A stretch of 63,063 nt of DNA, filler included, from Methanobacteriota archaeon (GCA_024860865.1; 11 parts of 11 records of this genome joined end to end with filler, not necessarily neighbours in it), one strand, 5' to 3'. Counted from the first letter of the whole stretch, positions 1-9,630 are shown. Notes: a model not told the origin generated them from the sequence alone. Program-made: numbers and translations.

Positions 1-39
1 TATCCCTTTTCTTCCACCTTCTAGTATAAGTGCATCCAA
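1..39 (-). CDS. 5' fragment of a probable sugar-phosphate nucleotidyltransferase (runs off the window)
   Basis: Manual translation from TTG at 39 gives MDALILEGGRKGI, resembling the ALILAGGxGTR start of NTP transferases. It is divergent from a UDP-sugar dehydrogenase. Only 13 codons are visible. Confidence 0.3.
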   Translation of the reverse strand, partial: MDALILEGGRKGI

Positions 40-175
40 ACCAAATTTGCCCTTAAGCCATTATTCCAGTTATCAGAATTGTTTTATATATATAAAGATT
101 TTAATCTAATCATTCTTTAGGCTGTACTTCAGAACTGCATAGGAATACTTATATGTAATTTTTAGGGGGGCAAAT

Positions 176-1507
176 TTGAGAATATCAGTTATAGGCGCAG
201 GTTATGTGGGGATCGTAACAGCTGCCTGCCTGGCAGATCGAGGGATCGAAGTAATTTGCTCCACTCATAACGAAAAAAATGCTCAAATGATAAATAAAGG
301 GGCAGCACCTTTTTATGAGAAAGATTTAGAACCTATGCTTAAAAAAGCTGTCAAAAAAGGAAAACTGCATTGTACAACAAATAGAGAAGAGGCAATTCTT
401 AATACAGATATTACTTTCGTCACGGTTGGAACTCCAATGCGATCGGATGGCAGCATAGATCTCTCATTTATAGAGCAAGCAGCGCAAGAGATAGGAAAAG
501 CTCTGAAAAATAAAAGAGAATATCAGCTGATTGTGGTTCGAAGTACAGTAGTACCGGGAACCACGAGGAATCTCATTGGTAAAAAGATCGAAGAGAATGG
601 TGGTAAAAAATTGGGTGAAAGCATAGGTCTTTGTATGCAACCTGAATTTTTGCGCGAGGGGGAGGCTGTTAATGATACACTAAATCCAGATATGATTGTG
701 ATCGGTGAACTTGATAAAACAAGTGGAGATATTTTAGAAAGCCTTCAGCGCAAATTCTATGGAGAAAAGTGCCCCACAATTTTAAGAATGAATATTGAAT
801 CGGCTGAAATGGTAAAATATGCTAACAATTGCTTCTTAGCAACAAAGATCAGTTTTGCAAATGAAATTGCAAATATTTGCGAGCTTGTTCCAAGAGTTGA
901 TGTCAAAGAAGTGATGAAAGCTATTGGATTTGACCATCGAATAAATCCTAAATTTTTAGATGCTGGAGCTGGCTGGGGTGGTTCTTGCTTCGCTAAAGAC
1001 TTAAATGCAATGAAAGCATTTTCAACCAATCTAGGCTATAAACCAAAGATCATCACTGCCACTTTAGAAGTCAATGAAATGCAGGCTAAACATATTGTCG
1101 AATTAGCAGAAATGAAATTAGGAACTTTGAGAGATAAGAGAATTGCATTGCTCGGATTAAGTTTTAAACCAAACACAGATGATATGCGTGATGCTCCTTC
1201 TATTCGAATTAGTAATAATCTAGTTGAAAAAGGAGCTACTGTGGTTGGCTATGATCCATATGCTACAGAAAATGCAAAGAAAGCGATAGGTGAGAAAATT
1301 TCATATGCAAAATCTATTGATGATTGTTTAAAAGGTGCTGATTGCGCAATTCTAGTCACTGAGTGGGATGTGTTCAAAGATTTAAAACCAATAGACTTTT
1401 TGAAAAACATGAAACAACCAATATTGATAGATGCTAGGCGTATCTATAATCCTAAAGAATTCTCTAACAAATTGCAATATATTGGAATAGGAATGAGCAA
1501 TCGATAG
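176..1507 (+). CDS. ugd: UDP-glucose/GDP-mannose dehydrogenase family protein
   Basis: Rossmann GAGYVG, PEFLREG, KYANN, catalytic GGSCF and FKPNTDDMRD motifs; 443 aa. Confidence 0.92.
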   Translation: MRISVIGAGYVGIVTAACLADRGIEVICSTHNEKNAQMINKGAAPFYEKDLEPMLKKAVKKGKLHCTTNREEAILNTDITFVTVGTPMRSDGSIDLSFIEQAAQEIGKALKNKREYQLIVVRSTVVPGTTRNLIGKKIEENGGKKLGESIGLCMQPEFLREGEAVNDTLNPDMIVIGELDKTSGDILESLQRKFYGEKCPTILRMNIESAEMVKYANNCFLATKISFANEIANICELVPRVDVKEVMKAIGFDHRINPKFLDAGAGWGGSCFAKDLNAMKAFSTNLGYKPKIITATLEVNEMQAKHIVELAEMKLGTLRDKRIALLGLSFKPNTDDMRDAPSIRISNNLVEKGATVVGYDPYATENAKKAIGEKISYAKSIDDCLKGADCAILVTEWDVFKDLKPIDFLKNMKQPILIDARRIYNPKEFSNKLQYIGIGMSNR

Positions 1508-1627
1508 ATTCCGTTATAAATTTTTAACTTTCATTGAAATATTCCTCAACTAATTTGGAAATAAAGAAAAAATTTTGATGAATTTTTGGGAATGTTTTTT
1601 AATACCACCTATGATAGTAACTACCAG

Positions 1628-2460
1628 CTATGATAGCCCTTTTCTTACAGCTTGTGTTAGAATAGGATCCGAAATATAATAAAAATCGTTTTCTTTTTCA
1701 ATGAACCCGCTATTAACAAAATTCCTTAACAAATTAGCCAGAACATGAACAGTAAGTGTTCTCCCTTCTTTAGCTTCCAAATAATTTTTAATTTCACTCC
1801 ACTTTGCCCGGCCTTCAATTAGCCTTCTAAGCATCATGGAGTATCTTCTTCTGGCTATCCCTCTCATTTCTAAAAATTTATGTAGCTCACTCCTAACAAG
1901 CTCGATTCCCTTTTCAACTACTATATCAACTACCTCTTTTTTTACTCATTTTCGAAGTGCTTCAACACCGAAATAAGTGAGCCATCCTGGAACACCATTT
2001 AATTTTTTTATAGCATAATCTAATACTTCCTCGGATAGTTTAATTTTAGATTGCAAAAAGCCTTTAATTAAAAATTCTTTTGCCTGTTCATCGCTGAAGT
2101 GACCTAGTTTTATTTCCAAATATGGCCTCCCGTATAATGGTGCTTTAGGGTTGTCAAGCTGTAAAAATTGGTATAAAAGACCAACTTGAGACCCAGTTAA
2201 TATCATTGTAATATTTCTTAAATAATCATATGCATGTGCCAAAATTGGTTGGAGTGCTATGCCTCGCACTTTTCTTATTTCTTGAGCTTCATCGAAAGCG
2301 ATCACAATATGTTTTCTATTTTTCTTAGCCCATTCATTTAGACCTCTAAGTAAAGAAGCTATGCTTGTCCTACGAGTTTTATCCCATAAAAGCTGACTTC
2401 AAAATCAGCAACTCTTACCCCTCTAATTCGTTTTAAACTCAAGCTTCTTTCAGCTTGCGT
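1628..2460 (-). pseudogene. Frameshifted, 5'-truncated archaeal AAA-type ATPase with a C-terminal winged helix
   Basis: Walker B-like IAFDEAQE, TGSQVG and LYGR lie in 1946-2305. The sequence continues in other frames both upstream (LWDKTRRTSIASLL) and downstream (SKKEVVDIVVEKGIELVRSEL into 1628-1867, ending YYISDP). No Walker A is present. Confidence 0.8.
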
Positions 2461-2577
2461 TCCAATATCTGGCTCACTAGTTTTCCATCTGCGCGACCTT
2501 GAACTCTCTCCATAATTATGCCCATTAAAGGTTTCGCTGCGCGAGGCCCTTTTGATTGAATTATAGCTTTATTTTCA

Positions 2578-2677
2578 NNNNNNNNNNNNNNNNNNNNNNN
2601 NNNNNNNNNNNNNNNNNNNNNTTAATTAATTAANNNNNNNNNNNNNNNNNNNNNNNNNNNNNNNNNNNNNNNNNNNN
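2578..2677. other. Artificial contig linker
   Basis: 100 nt of Ns with a central TTAATTAATTAA (stops in all frames). Confidence 0.99.
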
Positions 2678-2691
2678 TAAAAGAAATAATC

Positions 2692-3759
2692 ATGATTACA
2701 ATGAATTTTGAAAATTTATTGGACCAATATACTAAACTAATAGACTCTACACTTGAGCCTTATCTTGACGAAATGATCCTTAGCGCTAAGCTTTATCATC
2801 CATTTATCCAAGAAATTTATGAAAATATAAAAGAATTCGTAATGAGGAAAGGAAAGCGGTTGGCTTCTTGTAGCACTTTGCTAACTTACAAGGGATATAC
2901 CAAAAAAGTTGATGAAAAAATTCTTAGGGCATGCATTGGCATCGAGCTTTACCGTCATGGTATATTAGTTCATGACGATCTCGTTGATGAAGATGAATAT
3001 AGAAGAGGCGGTAAATCATTTCATGAGATTTTTTCCGAACTTTGCTCCAAAAGGTATAGAGAATCAAAAAGATTTGGAGATTCGATATCTGTTTTTGCTG
3101 GAAATATTCTCTATGCATCAGCCTTAAAAGCTCTCGCTGATGCAGGTTTTGACCAAAACACAACTAGAAAAGTCATAGAACTGTTGAATAACGATTATTG
3201 CAACGTTAATGAAAGTCAAATACTAGATCTCCTTTTCGAATTTAAAGAGCCTGATGTTGAGGAATGGTATAGCATGGCTTCAAAAAGGGCCTCATCTCTT
3301 TTCAGGGCAACAATATTAACAGGTGCAACTCTAGCAAATGCCCCTGAAAAAGATATCTCAATATTAGAAAAATGCGCCCTTCATATTGGATATTCTTTTG
3401 ATATTCAAGATGATATAATTGGAACATTCGCAAGTGAAGAACAATATGGTAGGCCAACAAGTGGGGATATACTATTAGCTAAAAAACCGCTTCATATGGT
3501 CTACACCTATCAGCTAGCAAGTTCAAATTTAGTTAAGAAAATGAGGGAAATATTAGGAAAGGAAACCAGCGAAGATATCGAGAGGATAAAACAGATAATT
3601 AGAGAAAGCGGCGCACTAGATAAGGCAAAACAAGAATCAAAAATGCATGCAAATAAAGCGATAAAATTAATTGAAGAAACTATTCTTGATAAAGAAACAA
3701 AGGAGTTTTTTACTGGCTTTATTAATTTTGTTTCCCAAAGTCTCGATTGGTATAAGTAA
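2692..3759 (+). CDS. idsA: Polyprenyl (geranylgeranyl) diphosphate synthase
   Basis: GKRL, first Asp-rich motif HDDLVD...RRG and second motif QDDII. Confidence 0.88.
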   Translation: MITMNFENLLDQYTKLIDSTLEPYLDEMILSAKLYHPFIQEIYENIKEFVMRKGKRLASCSTLLTYKGYTKKVDEKILRACIGIELYRHGILVHDDLVDEDEYRRGGKSFHEIFSELCSKRYRESKRFGDSISVFAGNILYASALKALADAGFDQNTTRKVIELLNNDYCNVNESQILDLLFEFKEPDVEEWYSMASKRASSLFRATILTGATLANAPEKDISILEKCALHIGYSFDIQDDIIGTFASEEQYGRPTSGDILLAKKPLHMVYTYQLASSNLVKKMREILGKETSEDIERIKQIIRESGALDKAKQESKMHANKAIKLIEETILDKETKEFFTGFINFVSQSLDWYK

Positions 3760-3790
3760 GTTTTTAAGAATAAACATAAGTCCGGATTTT

Positions 3791-4036
3791 ATGGCACTGA
3801 GAAATAGAATAATATCAAAAACTGTAGATTTGAGAAATAAGTGCTGTCCAAGTCCTGTTGTTGAGATGAAACTAGCTTTTATTGGAATGAAAAGTGGAGA
3901 GATTTTAGAGATAATTATTGATTCTGATGTGCAAGTGCCACTTTTCTCTAAATTTTGCCAAAAATCAAAAGTAGAGTTTGAATGCATTGAAATTGAACAA
4001 AATAAAGTTTGGAAATTCTTAATAAAAAAACCATAG
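3791..4036 (+). CDS. TusA/SirA family sulfur carrier protein
   Basis: From ATG 3791: VDLRNKCCPSPVV (CPxP motif) and GEILEIIID; about 81 aa. Confidence 0.78.
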   Translation: MALRNRIISKTVDLRNKCCPSPVVEMKLAFIGMKSGEILEIIIDSDVQVPLFSKFCQKSKVEFECIEIEQNKVWKFLIKKP

Positions 4037-4047
4037 TGGGTTTTTAA

Positions 4048-4920
4048 ATGAATTCGTTTAAAGTTCCTCGTTCTCCAATTAATTTCTCAATTTTAATTCC
4101 AGCCTCTTTAGTTTCTGAAGTGCGTGACCTCAAAATTAGAACATTTAAAGTTGGGCAGATAGCAAGAGCTGCCGCGATATTTAGAGTGAATGAAATTGTA
4201 GTATACCATGACAATGACCCTAATGTAAAAGATCAGGAGCGCGATGGAGATTTCATTGTACTAGTCCTAAACTATATGGAGACTCCTCAATACCTGAGAA
4301 AAATTCTATTCCCAGTTCATCCATGGCTTAAATATGCTGGCGTGCTACCGCCTTTAAGGACGCCACATCATCCCATTGAGGACAAATTTTCCATGGTTCA
4401 AGCTGGAGAAATTCGAGAGGGGTGTGTTACTGAAGTTACATCAGAGGGAGCTTTAGTAGATGTCGGACTTGATCAATTGGTACTAGTAACATCACCTAAT
4501 CTAAAACCGAAAGCACGAGTTACTATTAGGATTACCGACATGGAAAGACCACTAGGAGAAATAATCCGAAGAGATGAAATATCCCAATATTGGGGATATT
4601 GCGTAAAAAACTCAAAAAAACCGCTCGGTATGACAGTAAAAGAATTGAAACCAGATTTTGTAATAGGAACATCGAAAAATGCTCCTTTTATCCAAGAACT
4701 TAAACAGGAGATATTAGAAAAACTTAAAAAGATTAAAAACTGTGTTATTCTATTTGGTTCTCCATTTGCAGGGATCGATGAGATTCTTGCGCGAGAGAAA
4801 CTTACAAGAAGCGAAATTGCAGGTATAACTATAAATACTATACCAAACCAAGGCACGGAAACTGTTCGAACACAAGAAGCTGTATTTGCAACTCTTGCTC
4901 TCTTAAACACTTTAATATGA
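4048..4920 (+). CDS. SPOUT-class RNA methyltransferase (DUF171/SPOUT1-like)
   Basis: GQIARAAAIF, ETPQYLRK, LPPLRTPHH and NTIPNQGTETVRT motifs; conserved position upstream of archaeal rpl3. Confidence 0.88.
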   Translation: MNSFKVPRSPINFSILIPASLVSEVRDLKIRTFKVGQIARAAAIFRVNEIVVYHDNDPNVKDQERDGDFIVLVLNYMETPQYLRKILFPVHPWLKYAGVLPPLRTPHHPIEDKFSMVQAGEIREGCVTEVTSEGALVDVGLDQLVLVTSPNLKPKARVTIRITDMERPLGEIIRRDEISQYWGYCVKNSKKPLGMTVKELKPDFVIGTSKNAPFIQELKQEILEKLKKIKNCVILFGSPFAGIDEILAREKLTRSEIAGITINTIPNQGTETVRTQEAVFATLALLNTLI

Positions 4921-4929
4921 GGTATAAAC

Positions 4930-5940
4930 CTGGTAAAAAGAGGACGCCCACGAAGGGGATCTTTGGCATATAGCCCAAGAAAAAGGGCTGCAAGAATGGT
5001 TGCTCGAACGAGAGCTTGGGCAAAGGTAGTGGACAAACCAACTGTACTTGGATTTGCCGGGTATAAGGCAGGTATGACCCACATTATGCTAATAGACGAC
5101 TGGCTTGATTCACCAACTCAAGGAATGGAAATTTCTGTCCCTGTTACTGTTGTTGATGTTCCTCCTATGAAAGTCGCATCAGTCCGTGCTTATGGAAACA
5201 CCCCTTATGGGCTAAGACTTTTAACTGAAGTTTGGGCTGAGGAGTCCGATGCTAATCTCAATCGAGTTTTAAATTTACCGAAAGAATATGATCAAAATAT
5301 TGCTTGGAAAAAATTTGAAGAAATAAAAAATAAAATTTCCAATCTCAGAGTTTTAGCTTATACCCGACCAACTTTAGCTGGAATTGGAAAGAAAACACCA
5401 GAAATAATTGAGTGTGAAGTTGGCGGGGGGTCAATCGACCAGCAGTTAGAATATTGTAAGAGCATTCTTGGAAAAGAAATCGAGGTAAAAAATATTTTTA
5501 AAGAAGGCGAATTAGTCGATGCTTCAGCAATAACAAAGGGCAAGGGTCTTCAAGGCCCAGTCAAAAGATGGGGGATAAAAATACAAAGCCATAAGACACA
5601 AAGATCTGGCAAGGGCAGACATGTCGGAACTTTAGGCCCCCAAACTCCGGCTCATGTTCGCTGGACCGTCCCAATGGCTGGTCAATTAGGGTTCCAACAA
5701 AGAACTGAATTTAATAAACGAATTTTAAAAATTGGAGAAAATGGGGCTGAAGTCACCCCAAAAGGCGGTTTTTTAAGGTATGGTTTAATCAAAGGAAAAT
5801 TTCTTCTAATTGAAGGGAGTGTTCCGGGGCCTACAAAACGTCTGATCAGATTTCGGCATGCAATTAGGCCGCCTGTCAAAGTTCCAAAGGCCGCTCCCGA
5901 AATTACCTACGTTAGCACTGTTTCAAAGCAAGGACTGTGA
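4930..5940 (+). CDS. rpl3: 50S ribosomal protein L3 (uL3), probable CTG start
   Basis: GFAGYKAGMTH and TKGKGLQGPVKRWG motifs. The conserved RPRRGSL N-terminus is in frame upstream of the called TTG at 4963. Confidence 0.96.
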   Translation: MVKRGRPRRGSLAYSPRKRAARMVARTRAWAKVVDKPTVLGFAGYKAGMTHIMLIDDWLDSPTQGMEISVPVTVVDVPPMKVASVRAYGNTPYGLRLLTEVWAEESDANLNRVLNLPKEYDQNIAWKKFEEIKNKISNLRVLAYTRPTLAGIGKKTPEIIECEVGGGSIDQQLEYCKSILGKEIEVKNIFKEGELVDASAITKGKGLQGPVKRWGIKIQSHKTQRSGKGRHVGTLGPQTPAHVRWTVPMAGQLGFQQRTEFNKRILKIGENGAEVTPKGGFLRYGLIKGKFLLIEGSVPGPTKRLIRFRHAIRPPVKVPKAAPEITYVSTVSKQGL

Positions 5941-5945
5941 TATAA

Positions 5946-6710
5946 ATGGCTCATGTGTATTCTCTTGAAGGACAACCAGTAAAAGAAGTGGAATTGCCTG
6001 AAGTTTTTAAAGAAGAAATTCGCCCTGATGTTATCAAACGGGCAGTTATTGCAGCTCAAACCCATAGGATCCAACCTAAGGCAACTGATGTGATGGGGGG
6101 CAAACGAACCTCTGCTTACTCCCGAGGACCTGGATATGGTATGGCAAGAATCCCAAGAATTAGAACTGGAGGTCGTGCTGCATTTGCACCAATGGCAGTT
6201 GGAGGCAGAGAAGCGCATCCTCCAAGAGTGGAGCGGAAGATTAGAGAGAAAATTAATAAAAAAGAAAGGAGGCTAGCTATTCGCTCTGCTATTGCAGCAA
6301 CTGCACTAAAAGAGCTAGTTCAAAAGCGCGGACATAAAATAGAAAAAATCTCTGAGCTTCCACTAATAGTTGAAGACGCATTCCAAACCTTAAAAAAAGC
6401 AAATGAGGTTAAGAAAGTTTTTCAAAAACTTGGCGTAATTGAAGATGTCGAACGCGCAAAAGCTAAGAAAACTATCCGAGCTGGAAAAGGAAAAATGCGG
6501 GGGCGCAAATATCGCAAAGCTAAAGGTCCGCTTGTTGTGATCGAAAAGGATGAAGGAGTTCTCCGCGCAGCAAGGAATTTACCGGGTGTCGATGTTTGTC
6601 TCGTAAATAATCTTAATGCAGAGCTATTGGCTCCTGGCACGCACTTAGGTCGCCTAGCGATTTGGACTGAATCCGCAATAGAAGGGCTCAGAAAAGGTCT
6701 ATTTACATGA
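5946..6710 (+). CDS. rpl4: 50S ribosomal protein L4 (uL4)
   Basis: IRPDVIKRA, GGREAHPP, IRAGKGKMRGR and LAPG motifs; follows rpl3. Confidence 0.97.
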   Translation: MAHVYSLEGQPVKEVELPEVFKEEIRPDVIKRAVIAAQTHRIQPKATDVMGGKRTSAYSRGPGYGMARIPRIRTGGRAAFAPMAVGGREAHPPRVERKIREKINKKERRLAIRSAIAATALKELVQKRGHKIEKISELPLIVEDAFQTLKKANEVKKVFQKLGVIEDVERAKAKKTIRAGKGKMRGRKYRKAKGPLVVIEKDEGVLRAARNLPGVDVCLVNNLNAELLAPGTHLGRLAIWTESAIEGLRKGLFT

Positions 6711-6720
6711 GGTAAAAATT

Positions 6721-6984
6721 TTGCTTGACCCTACAAAAATAATAGTTCGCCCTTATGTTTCTGAAAAAACAATGAGATTAATTGAAAAAGAAAATAAACT
6801 AGTATTTGTAGTCGATAGAAAGGCAAACAAACCAACTATCAAAGAGGCTATTGAAAAACTATACGATGTCAAAGTTGCTGACATAAATACTGAAATTACA
6901 TCTAAAGGCCTTAAAAAAGCATATGTAAAGCTTAAAACAGAATATAAAGCAAGTGATATCGCAACTAAAATTGGAGTGATTTGA
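6721..6984 (+). CDS. rpl23: 50S ribosomal protein L23 (uL23)
   Basis: PYVSEK, ENKLVFVVD and KKAYVKL motifs; operon position. Confidence 0.96.
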   Translation: MLDPTKIIVRPYVSEKTMRLIEKENKLVFVVDRKANKPTIKEAIEKLYDVKVADINTEITSKGLKKAYVKLKTEYKASDIATKIGVI

Positions 6985-6993
6985 GGGAATAAC

Positions 6994-7016
6994 ATGGGCA
7001 AGCGTTTAAAATCGCA
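6994..7016 (+). CDS. rpl2: 50S ribosomal protein L2, first codons only (contig end)
   Basis: ATG 6994 gives MGKRLKS after a GAGGG ribosome-binding site; expected position after rpl23. Confidence 0.8.
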
Positions 7017-7116
7017 NNNNNNNNNNNNNNNNNNNNNNNNNNNNNNNNNNNNNNNNNNNNTTAATTAATTAANNNNNNNNNNNNNNNNNNNNNNNNNNNN
7101 NNNNNNNNNNNNNNNN
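7017..7116. other. Artificial contig linker
   Basis: N run with TTAATTAATTAA. Confidence 0.99.
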
Positions 7117-7303
7117 AAAAAAGTTAACTTACAAGCCAATCGGACTATAGATTTTGAAAATAGGAAGAGACCATACAGAAAAATAACGCCATACGAGTTC
7201 TTCGACAAAGTTGAAAAAAGAGTACCAACTTCTCTTCCTAGAAGACTACAAATAAATACACAAAAGATTAACCAACGAGATCAAACTCTAACCACTAAGC
7301 AGA

Positions 7304-7362
7304 ACAGGCACCTACACCATCACCCTAGAATTCTGGCCCCAAAAACTCTTCTACATCGGCTC
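7304..7362 (+). repeat. 59-bp direct repeat, copy 1
   Basis: ACAGGCACCTACACCATCACCCTAGAATTCTGGCCCCAAAAACTCTTCTACATCGGCTC; 57/59 identical to 8138-8196. Confidence 0.95.
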
Positions 7363-7438
7363 TTGAGCCCCAAGAAATGGCAAGTTGCACGAAAAGGCTA
7401 TAAGTTATTATGTAGTTACATAGTTATATGGTGATATT

Positions 7439-7666
7439 TTGGGAAAGTATGCGACAATTTCGGTTCCCGTTGATGTCAAAAAGCTCTTGGAAAAGGCTAA
7501 GGGCAGAGATGAATGGGGCAGTTTTCTCCTCAAACTATACGCAGAGGTTAAGAGGTTGAAGAGTAAGAAGGCATTCGAGGAGCTGGCAAACACTCTCACT
7601 GGCGAAGACTTGAAAGCCATAATCGAATCCAGCAAAGAGTTTAGGGAAAGGTTCGCGTTCAGATGA
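7439..7666 (+). CDS. vapB: VapB-type antitoxin
   Basis: 75 aa with a ribbon-helix-helix-like start (YATISVPVDVKKLL); ATGA overlap with the PIN gene. Confidence 0.75.
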   Translation: MGKYATISVPVDVKKLLEKAKGRDEWGSFLLKLYAEVKRLKSKKAFEELANTLTGEDLKAIIESSKEFRERFAFR

Positions 7667-8031
7667 ACCTACTTGACACAGACATAATCATAGAGATACT
7701 ACGAGAGAGAAGATACGAAGTCGGAGCCATCTCAATCATAACACTTACCGAGGTGTTAAGAGGACTAGAAGCCAGAAAAAGAGCCAAAGTCAAAGAGTTA
7801 CTCGAAAAAAGCTTTAACCTACTAAATCTAGACAACGAAGTCATAGGAACCTACTGCAACCTATATTACAAGCTCAAAGAGGAAGGCACACTTATACCAG
7901 ACGCCGACCTGCTCATAGCCGCAACAACAATGTCCCACAACATGATGTTAAAAACAAAAGATGAACACTTCGAAAGATTGAGACATTTAGGCTTAAAGCT
8001 AGCACAAGCATCTCAAGAGCGGAGAGAATAG
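7663..8031 (+). CDS. vapC: VapC/PIN-domain toxin
   Basis: PIN acidic residues in LLDTDIII, TLTE, DADLLIAA and TKDEHF. Confidence 0.9.
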   Translation: MNLLDTDIIIEILRERRYEVGAISIITLTEVLRGLEARKRAKVKELLEKSFNLLNLDNEVIGTYCNLYYKLKEEGTLIPDADLLIAATTMSHNMMLKTKDEHFERLRHLGLKLAQASQERRE

Positions 8032-8107
8032 ATCAATCCCGCCCAAAAACTGGATCGCACATATCATCAGAAAACAAATACCGCACAAATAACAATTCAT
8101 AATCAAA

Positions 8108-8266
8108 GACTTCGCTAATGCTTGGTACATTAACAAGACAGGCACCTACACTGTCACCCTAGAATTCTGGCCCCAAAAACTCTTCTACATCGGCTCCACA
8201 ATATCAATAACAACCCTCACCATATGCATACTATATATCAGCAACAAGAAAGAGATAGAAAAATAA
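8108..8266 (+). pseudogene. Orphan C-terminal remnant of a membrane-anchored protein, containing repeat copy 2 (8138-8196)
   Basis: Translates as DFANAWYINKTGTYTVTLEFWPQKLFYIGSTISITTLTICILYISNKKEIEK*: a beta-strand end, a transmembrane helix and a basic tail, with no start codon. Confidence 0.6.
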
Positions 8267-8306
8267 ATTTATGAATTTTTAAGACAGGCTTATTTGGCCT
8301 CTATAG

Positions 8307-9284
8307 TTACCTAAGAATTGCAAACAAAATAGCAATCATAGCATAAACAACTTCCAATGTTAAAATGCGTTGTACTAGTTGCTTTTCATTAAGCGACCCT
8401 GAAATAAGAAATGCATGAGCTAAGGCCGGATATTGTGGCGGTGTGAGAATACCATCTTCCCTAACTTTTGTGTCTCCATAGATATATCGGCCAGCGAACG
8501 GCCTCCTTACCATCATCTTTAATGTGAAATCGATAGCATATGGAATCATTAATATTACACATATGAACTCAATTTTTCCAATAATAGCAGCGGAGGCTAT
8601 TGTAGCACCAATTAAGAGAGTTCCAGAATTGCCTGGGAAAATTTTTGCTGGATACCAATTATAGTATAAAAATGCAATCAAAGCAGCAGCCAGAGGTAAT
8701 ATTATGATTACAACCTCAAGTTTGTTAAGAATAACTGCTGCTACTGAAATAGCGCTGCAGGCAATGAAGCCAACTCCAGCTTCTAGTCCATTAAATCCGG
8801 CGAGCATATTAGTTAAGTTTGATGCAGTTGTTATAGCAAGCGGAATTAGAACAAACCAATAAAGTTGTCCAAATTCTAAAGACCCGATTAAAGGAATTGT
8901 TATAGATGTGCTTTGACCGTGGGAAGCGATAATAAGAGGATAAGAAAAAATAGCAGGAAGAAGGAACTTGTAACGTTGCCTAATTGGTCTTAAATCGTCT
9001 ATTCCTCCAAGCAGACCTATTAAAACAGCAGTTAAAATAGCGAAACTTAATTTTTCTGTGGGAAATATTGTTGGGAAAATCAACAAAGTTGTAGAGACGG
9101 CTAGAGCATAACCAAATAAAATAATAAGTCCTCCAGATGTTGGAACCCATGTTGGATTAAATTTGTGAATGTCTCTGCAAAGAAGTCCGAGTTTTCTGAA
9201 TTTATCGATTAAAACAGGTGTCGTAATATAGGTAAAGAAAAACGCTATAGTAAAAGAAGTTATAAGGGCTAAAACCATTTTCAT
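8307..9284 (-). CDS. UDP-GlcNAc:polyprenol-phosphate GlcNAc-1-phosphate transferase (MraY/AglH/DPAGT1 family)
   Basis: Multi-transmembrane; DIHK, PTSGG, GGIDD, NLTNMLAGFNGLEAG and YPAKIFPGN motifs. ATG 9284 overlaps the upstream stop (ATGA). Confidence 0.9.
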   Translation of the reverse strand: MKMVLALITSFTIAFFFTYITTPVLIDKFRKLGLLCRDIHKFNPTWVPTSGGLIILFGYALAVSTTLLIFPTIFPTEKLSFAILTAVLIGLLGGIDDLRPIRQRYKFLLPAIFSYPLIIASHGQSTSITIPLIGSLEFGQLYWFVLIPLAITTASNLTNMLAGFNGLEAGVGFIACSAISVAAVILNKLEVVIIILPLAAALIAFLYYNWYPAKIFPGNSGTLLIGATIASAAIIGKIEFICVILMIPYAIDFTLKMMVRRPFAGRYIYGDTKVREDGILTPPQYPALAHAFLISGSLNEKQLVQRILTLEVVYAMIAILFAILR

Positions 9285-9508
9285 AATTGTTGCCTTGAAA
9301 GTTTTACAACTATTTTCCAGAGGATCATGGTTCCGATGGCAAATCCAGTTATTCCACAAATCATAGTTAATAGCGCATTAGCAATGAGAGCTAAGTTATA
9401 GCTGAAAAGCCAACCGAGGTACAAACCCAAATAGCTCAGAAAAAATGTTACAAAATTAGTAATTAGTATTTTCCAAAAGTTTTTTTGTGCAAATCGCAAC
9501 TCTAGCAC
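9281..9508 (-). CDS. Small two-helix membrane protein
   Basis: 75 aa hydrophobic ORF, translationally coupled to the transferase. Confidence 0.6.
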   Translation of the reverse strand: MLELRFAQKNFWKILITNFVTFFLSYLGLYLGWLFSYNLALIANALLTMICGITGFAIGTMILWKIVVKLSRQQL

Positions 9509-9630
9509 ATCTTTAACTTGATTGATTATTATTTAAAAACAAACTATAATAATATTCACCGCATTGCCCGCATCTACAATCATATTTTCCTCGACGACTT
9601 TATCTTTTTGAGAACTTACTGAAAAGAAAA

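Noticed and set aside
3671-3790. N-terminal extension of the 121-aa ORF 3671-4036
   Set aside because: It overlaps idsA; the TusA-like domain starts at ATG 3791.
4473-5084. 203-aa minus-strand ORF and the many similar antisense ORFs (for example 10145-10699, 50977-51531)
   Set aside because: Shadows of well-supported genes on the opposite strand, with no motifs of their own.
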